In this document: positions 15,121 through 25,640 of the stretch, piece by piece
Numbering within the stretch: position 1 is the stretch's first letter
Layout of the letters: each line of letters starts with the position of its first letter
Source: the human T2T-CHM13v2.0 reference genome, Homo sapiens
DNA length: 64,000 nt
Reading direction: 5' to 3' (one strand)
NCBI RefSeq assembly: GCF_009914755.1
Contig: NC_060930.1
Made by a program: the position numbers and the translations under genes
The notes under the pieces: model-generated
Told to the model about the DNA's origin: nothing
Databases searched by the model: none
Seen by the model: the letters and a program-made list of their open reading frames with translations, nothing else

Positions 15121-15409
15121 GCGTTTGCCATGATCACCCCGCCTCTCCCCTTGCTCCTCCCACTCCTTCCTGATTCTCAAACCTCTACTGCAATGTTCCT
15201 CCCGCGTCCTTACCTCCCCACAGAGGCCTGCCTCTCCCCGCTCTCTTCATCTCTTTTCATTCTTTTCTCCCCTCCAGACCATCCAATCCTCTTATCAGTC
15301 TGTCCTGAGTCCTCTCTATCTTCTGTGGATGCGCCCAGGCTCCCCTGCTGCTCAGAGGCCAGAAGCCAACCCCTCTCTAACCTGACCCACACACAGCACA
15401 CACCAAGCT

Positions 15410-17327
15410 GGCCTGTCCACCTCATGTTTTATTGTAAAAATGTTAAAATAAATTACATTTGACATCGTTGCCAGTATGTACATACAGTGTGCGCGATGCC
15501 AGGACAACCAGCAACAACATGGTTCATTAAAACATTTCACAGAAAAATACGAGGCTGCTCCTTTTCAGGCCCCTGCTGGGTGGCGGCCTCTGCAAACGGC
15601 TAGAGAAGTGGGGGTGTGGGCACGTGCCCATCACTGTCTTCACATGTTGGGGAGGTGGGCTCTGGCCCCACTGCCCCACAGTAGTGGGGCAGAAGGCAGA
15701 GAGTGAACGGAGCTGAGCGGCTCTGATGACTTGCTTCCTGCCCGGCCTCCAGTCACCCGCAGTGGATGCCCCTTCCTGCTTTTGCTCACCTCAGTGTCCC
15801 CTTCTCCACCTCTGCTTGGGGACATGGCCCTTGACATCATGGCCTTGGATGAGGTCACCGAAAAAGGCCCAATTGAGTTGCAGGGCAGGAGGGCAGACAC
15901 TAGATCTCCCAATCCTTGGGACCCTGCTCTTTAACCACTGGCTCTGAAGCCAACAACAGATTCCAGGTATATAAAAACAGCAGTTTGTTTAAAAAATAAA
16001 ACAAAAAATAACAAAAACATTCAGGACACAGTGGGCCAGCCCCAGGGTGAACATCATGGAGAACCCAAGAACTCTAGTAGCAGCAAGTTCTGCCCACCCC
16101 TCACCAGAGAGTCCACCAACAGTTTCACATTATCTTTTGCTCCCCAGCCCAAATCCTTTCCTTTCTTAAACACACACGAGTGCACAGGTGTGCGTGTGCA
16201 CACACGCACTGTGCACACACACGTGCACATCAAACACTAGCTAGAGAAAGGAGCTTGATTCACATATCTGACCATCACCCATTTGTGGGCCAAGAGCAAT
16301 TTGGCCTCACCCTGCCTGGCCCAAGGGGGCTGGTGGGAGGGGAAGGCGGGCAGTGAGGTCCTTGTTCAGGGCACAGGGAAGGAGAAGACAGCAGGATTGG
16401 GAGTGCAGGTCCTGGGGCCAGCGGGCAGGGTGTGCAGTTCTCCGGCGGGCAGGAGGGGTAAGGGCAGAACCAGCCAGAGCTGAGCCTCACTCTTGCAGCT
16501 CCCTGGCCACCAGCCCTAGCAGTCCCGGCTTCCAGTAACCCATGCTCTGCTACTCTCCCTCCTACCACTTGGGGGCCCACAGAAAGCCTTGCGTCTGCCA
16601 CTGCTTGACCTGAGACAGGGAACACAGCTCTGGGCTGGGCCTGAGTAGACCAACAAGGAGGATGAGGACCCCAGGCCCCAGGCCCACATAGGACTTGTTT
16701 CCAGGCCCTGTGAGTCAGGACTGTTTGAGACCCTGCCCTCATCTCCTCACTCCCACCTCCAGCAGCCTCCACCCCACTACGGTTTGTAGTAGGTGCCCGA
16801 CCTGACCGGCAGGCCCACAGCTGGGATGCGGGCGGGCCCTGCTCCTGCTGTGGTACGGAAACACCTGACCCCACGCACAGCGGTACCTCCCCAGACACTT
16901 CAGAGCTCCCTCTCCAAATGCCGAGCTCAGTAATACCGGTAAACTTAAACAGCTGAGGCCCCGGACCTCAGAGAACCGTGTGATACTCCACCAAATGGTG
17001 GGACAAAGACCCTGCAGGCAAGGCCTCCTCAGGGTCAGTCCTGCCCACCTGTCCCGCCAGCCAGCATGTCTTTGCATTGTGAGATACACCAGCCAAGCTC
17101 AGGACAGATGCCCCCACAGCCAGGGTATGGTTCAGCTGGAGAACAGAGGCCCTGTCCCGGGCATACATCTAGCTGGGGATGATGGAAGGTTAGGAAGGCC
17201 CCTGGCCCCCCACTCCCAGTTCCGAGGCTGCCCCCCCACCAGGGGCCAGGCGTCCCGGTCATCTCGGGACACCCTAGGGTGAGGGGGGAAGAGGCCATCA
17301 AAGGTGGGGTGGGGAGCCGGCCCTGCC
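15410..17327 (-). other. KCNK5: KCNK5 3'UTR (~1.9 kb)
   Basis: Between the stop codon and the first AATAAA followed by a GU-rich downstream element; cleavage site approximate. Confidence 0.8.
15428..15433 (-). terminator. Polyadenylation signal AATAAA of KCNK5
   Basis: TTTATT on +; downstream on minus strand TTGGTGTGCTGTGTGTGG (GU-rich DSE); upstream UGUA motifs and U-rich tract. Confidence 0.85.
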
Positions 17328-18193
17328 TCATGTGCCCTTGGGGCTGTTAGCCTTGTTGTACTCATTCATCAGCTGTTCGTAAGGCACAGAGAGCTCAGAC
17401 TCAGTGCTGGTGAAGGTGGACTCGGAGGAGGAGGGGAACTCGCCCATGTTCAGGGGCGCCTTGGCTTCAGCCCCCTGCTGGGGGCTCTCCTCCCCTGCCA
17501 AGTTGTCCTCTAGCGAGGACTTGGAGGTCTCCTCGTCTGAGAGGCCAGCCTCCGTGTTCACGAAGGTGATGCTGGCGTCCTGGAAGATGAGTGGGTGGTA
17601 GTCCTGGGCGTCCCATGGCTCGCATTCCTCGCTGATGCGGTCCAGCTGGTTCATGAACACCTCGGGGGCAGGGGAGCTGTCTTCAGGGGCCCGTGCCACA
17701 GCCTCCTCATCTGGGGACCTTGATACGTGGCCTTTGCTCCTCAGTGTCTGTGACACCTCTTCCAAGGTGGGCACCCGGTTCTTGGAGTAGACTACCAGGG
17801 GCACCAGGGAAGGGGGCAGTGCTGGGAGCCCACCGCCTTGAGGCCCCAGCCCTGGGCCCGGGCCCGTCTCCCCACCCCCGCTTGTCTTCATGGCCTTCTT
17901 CCCGATCTGCTTGATGAGGTCGTTGTAGGTCTCTTCCTTCTTGGAAAGAAAGCTGAAGATGTTGACGTCCTTGGAGGCTGTGCTCCCCTTCACCTGCAGG
18001 GCCTTCCGGGAGTGTGGGGAGCTCTCAAAGGACTCCTTCCGTCGCCGCCGCCGCTTCTTAATGGCTTTGTGGACTTCCACAAACATGCTCACCTTCCAGT
18101 TGACAAAAAGGGACAGCCAGGCCAGCCCCAAGTAGATCCAGAGCTCCACGAAGTAGCGGTACAGGGCGTGGTAGTTGGCGCTGGGGTTCACAC
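17328..18193 (-). CDS. KCNK5: KCNK5 exon 5 coding part (TM4 with pH sensors R224/K245, long cytoplasmic C-terminus, stop TGA)
   Basis: Acceptor ccgctcag|GT; VNPSANYHALYRYFVELWIYLGLAWLSLFVNWK...NKANSPKGT*; 866 nt; total CDS 1500 nt. Confidence 0.98.
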
Positions 18194-18449
18194 CTGAGCG
18201 GACAGGCAGTCCAGAGGTCAGGAAGAGTTAGCAGGGCCCGGGAAATGTGCAATGGCCAATGCTGTGTGATCTGAGCAGGGGTCAGGCCAGAGCACAGGAC
18301 GGGGGTGCAGTGGGATAGAAAGGGGCCTGTTCTAGACCCTGGACTATCCCATCTTCCTCAAGGGCTTGGGCCTGCCATCATTCATGACCCCATCCCAGTC
18401 TCCAGCCTGTCTCTGAGTCTCGGTTTCCTCAACTAGAAACGTCAAGACA

Positions 18450-18748
18450 GGCCAGGCATGGTGGCTCACGTCTGCAATCCCAGCACTTTGGGAGGTCAAG
18501 GCAGGTGGATCACTTGAGGTCAGGAGTTCGAAACCAGTCTGACCAACATGGTAAAACCCCAGCTCCACTAACAATACAAAAATTAGCCAGGTATGGTGGC
18601 GGGCCAGCTACTCAGGAGGCTGAAGCAGGAGAACTGCTTGAACCCGGGAGGCAGAGGTTGCAGTGAGCCAAGATCACACCACTGCCACTCTAGCCTGGGC
18701 AGCAGACAGAGACTCCGTCTCAAAAAAAAAAAAAAAAAAAAAAAAAAA
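18450..18748 (+). mobile_element. Alu in intron 4 (antisense to KCNK5)
   Basis: Dimer, long pure A tail; TSD AAACGTCAAGACA / AAAAGTCAAGACA. Confidence 0.95.
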
Positions 18749-20590
18749 GTCAAGACAGTGACTCTTTGAAGGAAGCTAAAGGGGCTTTGGGGGACTGGCA
18801 ATGTAACCGACACACAGGTCAAGAAACAGTTCATGAGTATTTGCCTTTCTGTTAATTCTTCTACCATCCCCAGCTGTTCTGCGTATATGATACAGTTCAC
18901 TTAAAAACGGAATGGATGGATATTACACAAGGGAGCCCCCAGCACCCTCCAAGCTGGGGCTAGACTCACACTGGTGGATTACAAACAAGGCTGGTGGTTA
19001 GGTTGAGATGACCCAGGAAGCACCCACCGTGGCAAGAAACGCTGAACCATTTTTATTTTCATTGAAGGTCTGGTCTGCCTCCCTGACTTCCTCAGATCAG
19101 CTCTCCCTTGACCTGGAGGAGGGCTCTGTCTGCTCCACATCCCCCTCCTGCTGCAGGGAGCCTTCTTGGCTTACCCCCTACAGCTCTGAAGGTTCCCCCT
19201 ACACTCCAGGATTATTTGAAATGTCGTTGACGACTACATGTACAGGCATGTTGACCTGTATTCCATTTGCCCCCTCGACTAGATACAAGAGCAACTTACA
19301 GAAGGGACCTGGAGGAAGGGGGCTACCTCTCTCATCAGACTAGAGGTTCCTCCAGGTGCTGTAGCCCGGTCAGTTCTCCTCCCACGACCGGGCTCAGATA
19401 GCAGGTGCCCTGAGTGGTCCTGTTAATCCTGCTCAAGGCTCTCAATCACAAGCAGAGTTTCATGATGACAGTAATGAGGGCACACACTGATATAGCCAGG
19501 CCCTACCCTTAACACTCATGAATAGTAATTATTATTTTTACTAATTTTACAGAAGAGAAAGTCTTGCTGGTGCTGAGAAAGTATGGCTAAGTGTACATCT
19601 GTATTTCCCTAATACCAGAGGCACCTCCTTAGCCTGCTCTGGGCCTCAAGGGCTGGACAATGGCAGGGTTGTGCCTTGTCCACATGTACTGCCCAGGACA
19701 GCAGGCCCGGACTTGGCAGGGTCAGGGGAGTGTTTGTGCCTCTCTTTCCTGTTCCTCCCCCAACTCAGCCAACTGCTCCCAGATGCCACATACATCAAGC
19801 ACAAGGCTAGTGGCCTCCCACTGCCCTCTGGGCAAAAGGGAGGGGGTACAGAACAGAGGCCTCTGGAGCAGAAGTTGAGGTCACTGGGGTGCTGGGTCAA
19901 CAGGGTCAAACAGGGTGTCAAGAAGATTAAGAACCAAGATGCTGTGCAGGCCACAAACACAAGTACATGTGTGGCTGGGGCCAGCTGGTAACAGGCCTTC
20001 AGACAAAGGGGCCAAAGAACCTCATCACTTCCCTGGATTAAGCAGGGGAGGAGTAGGAGGGAGTGTCAGGGCTGGGGGCAGGGCAGCTGGGGAGAAGGCC
20101 TCCCTTGTCTTTAAGCTGCTACAGCAGGAACAAAGCCCCAGGCCTCTGAGCCATGCCTTCAGGACACCTCCCTCCACTCTTGTGAAAGATGAAAGGCTGC
20201 TGAGGGCGTGGAGTGGGTGCTGGTGGGCTCAGGGGCTCCCTGGGTAGCAGGTACCAACCGTGCAGGCAGAAGGCCCTACTTGCAAGTCCCCCATGAAGCC
20301 AAGCTCAGGAGTCATGGGAGAACTGAGGGAGAGGAGATCAGAGACTGAGCAGAGAGGAAAGGAGGAGGAAAAAGGCCATGTCTGAGAAAGGGAACCAGAG
20401 AGAAAAGAGTTTTTTGTCATTACTCTGGGTCTTAGTTTCCTCTTGCAAATGGCAGAGTGGGTTGAGAATCCCACTGGGTAAGAGAAGTGCCCAGAACATG
20501 GAACCCTACCTAGGGCACCCCCAACATAGGTCTGTTGCACTGAAACCAAAGAAGCAGAAAAAGAGGTGGGAGGCAGAGGCAGGGACTCAC

Positions 20591-20759
20591 CGGCCACAAA
20601 GTCACCGAAGCCGATGGTGGAGATGGTGATGAAGGAGTAGTAGAGGCCCTCGATGTAGTTCCACCCCTCAGTCACCATGAATACGAAGGGTGGGATCACC
20701 AGGTGGACTAGGACGCCCCACACGATGAAGATGACTGTGCACGTGATCTGCGCCTTCCG
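20591..20759 (-). CDS. KCNK5: KCNK5 exon 4 (TM3, pore helix 2, GFG filter 2)
   Basis: Acceptor ccccatcag|CGG; RKAQITCTVIFIVWGVLVHLVIPPFVFMVTEGWNYIEGLYYSFITISTIGFGDFVA-G; donor CCG|GTGAGT; 169 nt. Confidence 0.97.
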
Positions 20760-21015
20760 CTGATGGGGAGCAGGAGGCCAAGTCAGAGAATAGTGGAGAC
20801 TTGGAAACCCAGCAAAGGCACCCAGAGGGCCAGGGAGGCAGCTAGAGGAGAGGCTAGCTGGGTACCCAGCCTAACCCGGGAGGGCAAGGAGCTCTGAAAC
20901 TATCCTCTTGCCATCTGTCCTTACACCCTTGGTCCAATTCCTAGAGGCCTCCTGTCCTCCCCTCACCTGTCATGGTTCCCCCATCTCTGCCCAACACCCA
21001 GGGTAGGGGACATAC

Positions 21016-21182
21016 CAGACTCACACCTCTCTTGGTAAGGAACTGCCCTAGTCTCTTGGCACGTCCCCCGAAGAACTTGCCCAGGGCACTGATCCACGTC
21101 AGGCAGAGCGGCACCCCGAAGAGACCATAGAAAACACAGAAGAGGCGACCGGCGGGGGTCTTGGGAGCCACATTGCCATATC
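21016..21182 (-). CDS. KCNK5: KCNK5 exon 3 (GYG filter 1, TM2)
   Basis: Acceptor ttcctcag|GA; GYGNVAPKTPAGRLFCVFYGLFGVPLCLTWISALGKFFGGRAKRLGQFLTKRGVSL; donor CTG|GTATGT; 167 nt. Confidence 0.97.
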
Positions 21183-21504
21183 CTGAGGAAGGAGAGAGTG
21201 AGGCCAAGAACAGGAGGGGTGGTCAAACCAGTGGGCCTTGCTTCCAACACACACACAGCCCGTTCTCTAAGATAAATTGATATTGATCTATTGTCAGTAC
21301 TTAAGTAATGATATTTCCCTTGATCATACTCTGATCATGATCATTGATAAAGCAATTATGATGACATGAGCTGTATCTCCTCCATCATACAAGGAGCTCC
21401 CTGAAGGCAGGGACTAAGCCTGGTCAACAGGTCTTCCACTAGTCTATATGGTACCACTGTGCAAGTTATAAGACATGCTCTCTGTGTAGATTCCCCAGAA
21501 GCAC

Positions 21505-21983
21505 TGTGGTAGATGGTCTCCAAAGATAGCCATCCTCCATTCCCTCCCTTCTTATGCAACTGCTCACATCAAGGTGTCATCTAATCCTCTTCCCTTGGAA
21601 TCTGGGCTTTAGTGGCTTGACAACAGAAGCAGTCTAGGCAGCGGAAGAGACGCTGGACAGGTGAGGTCTAAGAAGCCTGCTGCTTTTCGCCTTGGTTCCC
21701 AAACACATGCGGAGGCCTTGTGTTTTCATCCCCAGCTGAGCTCCCAGCCAACAGCCAGCATCAACTGTCAAATCTGTGATGGGAGGAGCCATCTGGGCCA
21801 TCAGATGAGTTTGGCTTTCAGAAGACTCCAGCCCAGCCATTGTTCGACTGCCACTGCATTGGGAGCCCAAGCAAGAACCAGCCAGCTGAGCCCAGTCAAG
21901 CTCACAGAATGGTGAAAGAGAAGAAGCTGCGTTCTGAGCCAAACTTCTGGACTGGTTGGCTATGCAGCCTGAGAACTGAAACA
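21505..21983 (+). mobile_element. MLT1 (G/H-like) solo MaLR LTR in intron 2
   Basis: TGTGGTAG 5' end, CCCTTGGAATCTGGGCT, CAGCCAGCATCAACTG, CCAGCTGAGCCCAGTCAA, 3' end ...TATGCAGC...AACTGAAACA. Confidence 0.7.
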
Positions 21984-22297
21984 GACACCCAGCTTGGTAA
22001 GTAGTCATGATCTGGGTTTCTGCAATGAGCAGTCTGGTTAATCTCTTGCATGGCTCTGGCCATGAGGCTGTGTCATTGTTTCTGCTCAAAGAGCCCAGGT
22101 CAAGACTCAAGGAAACCTTCCCAGGCATGATCAGCTACCAAGGACTTAACAAATCCCTAAGAAAGTATCAAAAGAATAGCCTGCAACTGATCTGATTGTA
22201 CCCCCAACAGGGCTGAGTGACCAGAGCTGGGTTTCTAGAAAGGTTCTGAGGAGCTAGGGCATGGATGTGGGTGTCCTACAGGTCCCAGAAGACTTAC

Positions 22298-22409
22298 CAA
22301 TGGTGGTAATGACGGTCGCTGCAAAAATCATTGCATTGGGCCAGTTCCAGTTGTTGAAGGTCTGGTTCCCTGTGATGGCCACACCCTGTCCTGCAGCATC
22401 AGATACCAC
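22298..22409 (-). CDS. KCNK5: KCNK5 exon 2 (cap end, N77 sequon NQT, pore helix 1, TTIG)
   Basis: Acceptor tctcattttag|GTG; reads VVSDAAGQGVAITGNQTFNNWNWPNAMIFAATVITTI-G; donor G|GTAAGT; 112 nt; absent from the ORF track. Confidence 0.97.
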
Positions 22410-22644
22410 CTAAAATGAGAAACAGTAAAGGTCAGAGCTGAGGCCACACTTAACAGATGCTGATTGACAGAACTGCACTAAACTCCTTGTAAGCATTTTC
22501 ATTTAGTCATCACAAGAAGAAGGTGGCAGTGTCTCCATGTTACAGATGAAACATTGTATAGAGGATCAGAGAGGTTACCTGATTTACCCAAGGTAAAGAT
22601 ATGAACCCAGGCAATCTGGCTCCAAAGTTCATTCTTTCACTGAG

Positions 22645-22816
22645 TCAATGCTTCTCCAACTTACTAGCATGCACCAGGATCACCTGGAAATCTTGTTCAA
22701 CAGACTGCTGGCCCCTACTACCCCGAGTTTCTGATTTAGGAGGTCTAGAAGGAACATTTCTAAACACGTTCCCAGGTGATGCTGTGGACAGGGACCACAC
22801 TTTGAGAACCACTGCA
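22645..22816. mobile_element. MER5A-like hAT element
   Basis: ATCACCTGGAAATCTTGTT...GAGTTTCTGATT...CCCAGGTGATGCTG...GGGACCACACTTTGAGAACCACTG. Confidence 0.8.
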
Positions 22817-24029
22817 CTAGATTAATTCTGCCTCTCAAAAAAAGCACATGTGAGGCAGACACACACAAGGAGGTCCCCTGTGCCTCACCCAGCCCTCCAT
22901 GGAGGGTGTTCTACCTGCAGAGACCAGGTCCTTGTTCAGGGTTGGCTGGGGAGGGGCCCCCCATATACCCTTCAGCCTACTGTAGGATACCTGCTCAGGT
23001 CAGCTCAGTGCCCTGTTGACTTGTCCTCGGAGGGCATGCAAATCAGCAGGTCCTCCTTTCCCCCAGCCTAGGACTCTAATGTACCCTCTCCCCTATGGGA
23101 TCTCACTTCCCTCCCTTCCCTGTAGCCCTTTCTCTCTCTGCCCTGGGCTGAGCAGCTGTCTGGGAAGGGACAGATCAGAGGGTGAGTACATTTCAGGGTG
23201 ACTCATAACTGTGCTATCAATCCCCAAAGAGCTTCCAGTAACTGTGGATAGCAGGTGAGAGGCCACCTGGGGATGGGATGTCCCCCTGGAGAGTGCGAGG
23301 AGCGGTGGGGCAGAGGTGTGGGGAACTTATCTACTCCTACAATACTGACAGCTGCAAACCTGTTTCCATCTGACTAGGCCCCAACTCTGCTATCACCACT
23401 GGCTCCAACCTATCTGTGGGGCTTTATCAGCTGGCAGGGCCTGGACCCCAGAAGTCACATAAGAAGGGACTCTAAATCTGGGGCTCAAGTCCTGTCCCCA
23501 AGGAGCGCCTGCAGATGGGTAGGCCATCCAGACCAGAAGCTAGGCATTCAGCCAAATTGCCTATAAAAACCAAGACAAGGACTGAGAGAGAAGAGACAGA
23601 AGAGTGAGGGATGGAAACAGAGGGAGACAAAAAAAACCTTGTTTCTAACCTACCCAGAGCATGACTGAGGTTTGGTGGGAAAAAAAGGGCATGGGTGGGT
23701 TGTTCTGAAGGAAAGTGTAATTTGCAGAAGCAGCAGCCGGCCTGCGTAAATGGATCTGCACACTCTGCAAAGAATTTTCCATGATGGCACGCTTGTCTGT
23801 CAGACCATCAAACCACACAGCTCACTGCGCTGCCTCCTCCGGCATTTCACAGCATCTCCGAGGCTACGAAGGCTGTGCAGCATCAAAGTGGAAAGTGGGG
23901 ACCATCGCATCAAACTCTGGCCAAGGCAGCCCCTGCCCTCAGAGAGCTCTCTGTCTAGCTGGCCAGACCATTTCAATGTGAAATGGCTAAAGGACATTTA
24001 GATACTAACAGGCCAACAGGAGAGCTAAA

Positions 24030-25360
24030 ACAAATACTAAGGACCATCCAATGGGTTTCTGAAAACATCAAATCTGTTTGGAGCAAGAGAATGAGGAAGT
24101 ACCAGGGCCACGTTAATGTTAAACAGATGGCAGAGAAAGCGGAACCACCCAGCTCTCCTTTGGCATCTACCTTTGCTACCTCAGATATCGATCTTGAATG
24201 GGACCGGCCTACAAGAAAAGAGTATATAAGAACATACAAGAACATCTTGAAATGATAATTGAATCACTGATCACAGATGAGGCTGCAGCACCACCTCTGG
24301 TCATCCCCATGGAATCATGGGGAACAGGAAAGATGTCAGAAGACAAGCTGTTCCCATTTTTCACAAAAAGGAAAAGAGTGGATTCTAGAAATTCAGAAAA
24401 CAAACCTGAACTCTTGCAAACTTCAAAATGGGGAGAGGAGAATGTTTGGAACATGCAGAAGAGGAAGTAGTGGGCACTAGAAACTAGCACAGATTCACCC
24501 AGAACAAGTCATGCTCAGCTAAGTGCATCTCCTTTTCAAAGGGTTGCAAAGCCTTGAAGTTCTGTGGAATGTAATCCATCTAGATATCAGCAAGGCAGCT
24601 AACAGATGGGCTTAAAGAAATTCATGTGGACAAGACACAGAAATGTCAGTGGAGCCAGGATTAATTGGGTCCATTCAAAGGCAGACAAACAACCCTAGGA
24701 GGTATTGATCATTATCAACCCAGACTGAGTCTCCACCATCATGCTTAAGGCCTGGTTTTCTTCAATATTTTAAACCACAGCACAGTGAGGACAGAGATGG
24801 TTTACTAATCCAATGTGCAGTGGATGCAAAATTGGGGATAAGGATGGGATGGGAAGATAGCTAACACATAGCAATGGCAGTATCAAGATTCAAAATCATC
24901 TGGCTGGATATAGGGGCCAAAATCAACAACATACAAGTATCCACTTAAATGTTTAAGTCTTATACTTTGGATTGGAAAAGACTGGTAGAGGATTGAAGGG
25001 AAAAGTCCCTGGATATTAGCTGACCATGGATCAACAAACAGTAATCCTACTGTCCTGCTGTCACAAGAAAAGTAAATGCAATCTCAGGCTATGTCAACTC
25101 CAGGTCTATCCAGGGCTGGGAGGTAACAAGCCCACTGTTGCTTGCAGGGTCAGGCCATATATGGGGCACCTTGTTTCATTCTGGGTGTCAGACTTCACAT
25201 GATATGCTAACCAACAGGCCAAAGTCCAAGGGGGAGATGGGGTGGCTGTTTTGGATAATGAGTCTACAAAGGGCTACTCCTTGTAGTAATCAATTTCTGA
25301 TAATGCAAAGTATTTAGACCAGGGTAGCCAGCATCCATCAAGGGTGTTGTGGAAGGTATG
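24030..25360 (+). mobile_element. CR1/L3 LINE fossil with degenerate ORF2 reverse transcriptase
   Basis: Colinear decayed motifs: ESWGTGKMSED..PFFTKRKRVDSRN, HRFTQNKSC (24488), VIHLDISKAAN (24571), GLVFFNI, LIQCAVDAKLG (24805), VRPYMGHLVSFW (25149). Confidence 0.8.
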
Positions 25361-25367
25361 TCTGGAA

Positions 25368-25640
25368 CAGGGGTTCTCCACTGGGGTGGTAGTGCCTTTT
25401 GGAAGTGTCTGGAAATGCTTTCTAAGGAGGAATGTTGCATGTACCAGGCACTGTTCTAGGCAGTGAGTATACTGCAGTGAACGGACGGAATCCCTGCCCT
25501 CCTCTTATGTTTATTCTAATGGGTGATGGGAGATGCTCTGGCATTGAGAAGGCAAGGGGCTAGAGATGCTAAATGCCCTGCAATTCACAGGACAACCACA
25601 CCCACAAGGCCAAAAATGCTCCCCCTGGGAAATGCTAGTG
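25368..25640. mobile_element. MER20-like hAT element, with an L2-like piece at ~25435-25520
   Basis: CAGGGGTTCTCCACTGGGG...GTGTCTGGAAA...CTGGCATTGAG...GATGCTAAATGCCCTGCAATTCACAGGACA. Confidence 0.55.

Noticed and set aside
16275-16898. 207-aa ORF in the KCNK5 3'UTR
   Set aside because: GTG start, GC-rich stop-poor sequence, no homology recognisable.
17322-17330. Stop-codon readthrough of KCNK5
   Set aside because: Context is UGA GGC, not the UGA CUAG readthrough motif.
17328-18191. 287-aa ORF as a standalone gene
   Set aside because: It is KCNK5 exon 5; the apparent start is the GTG for V213 just after the splice acceptor.
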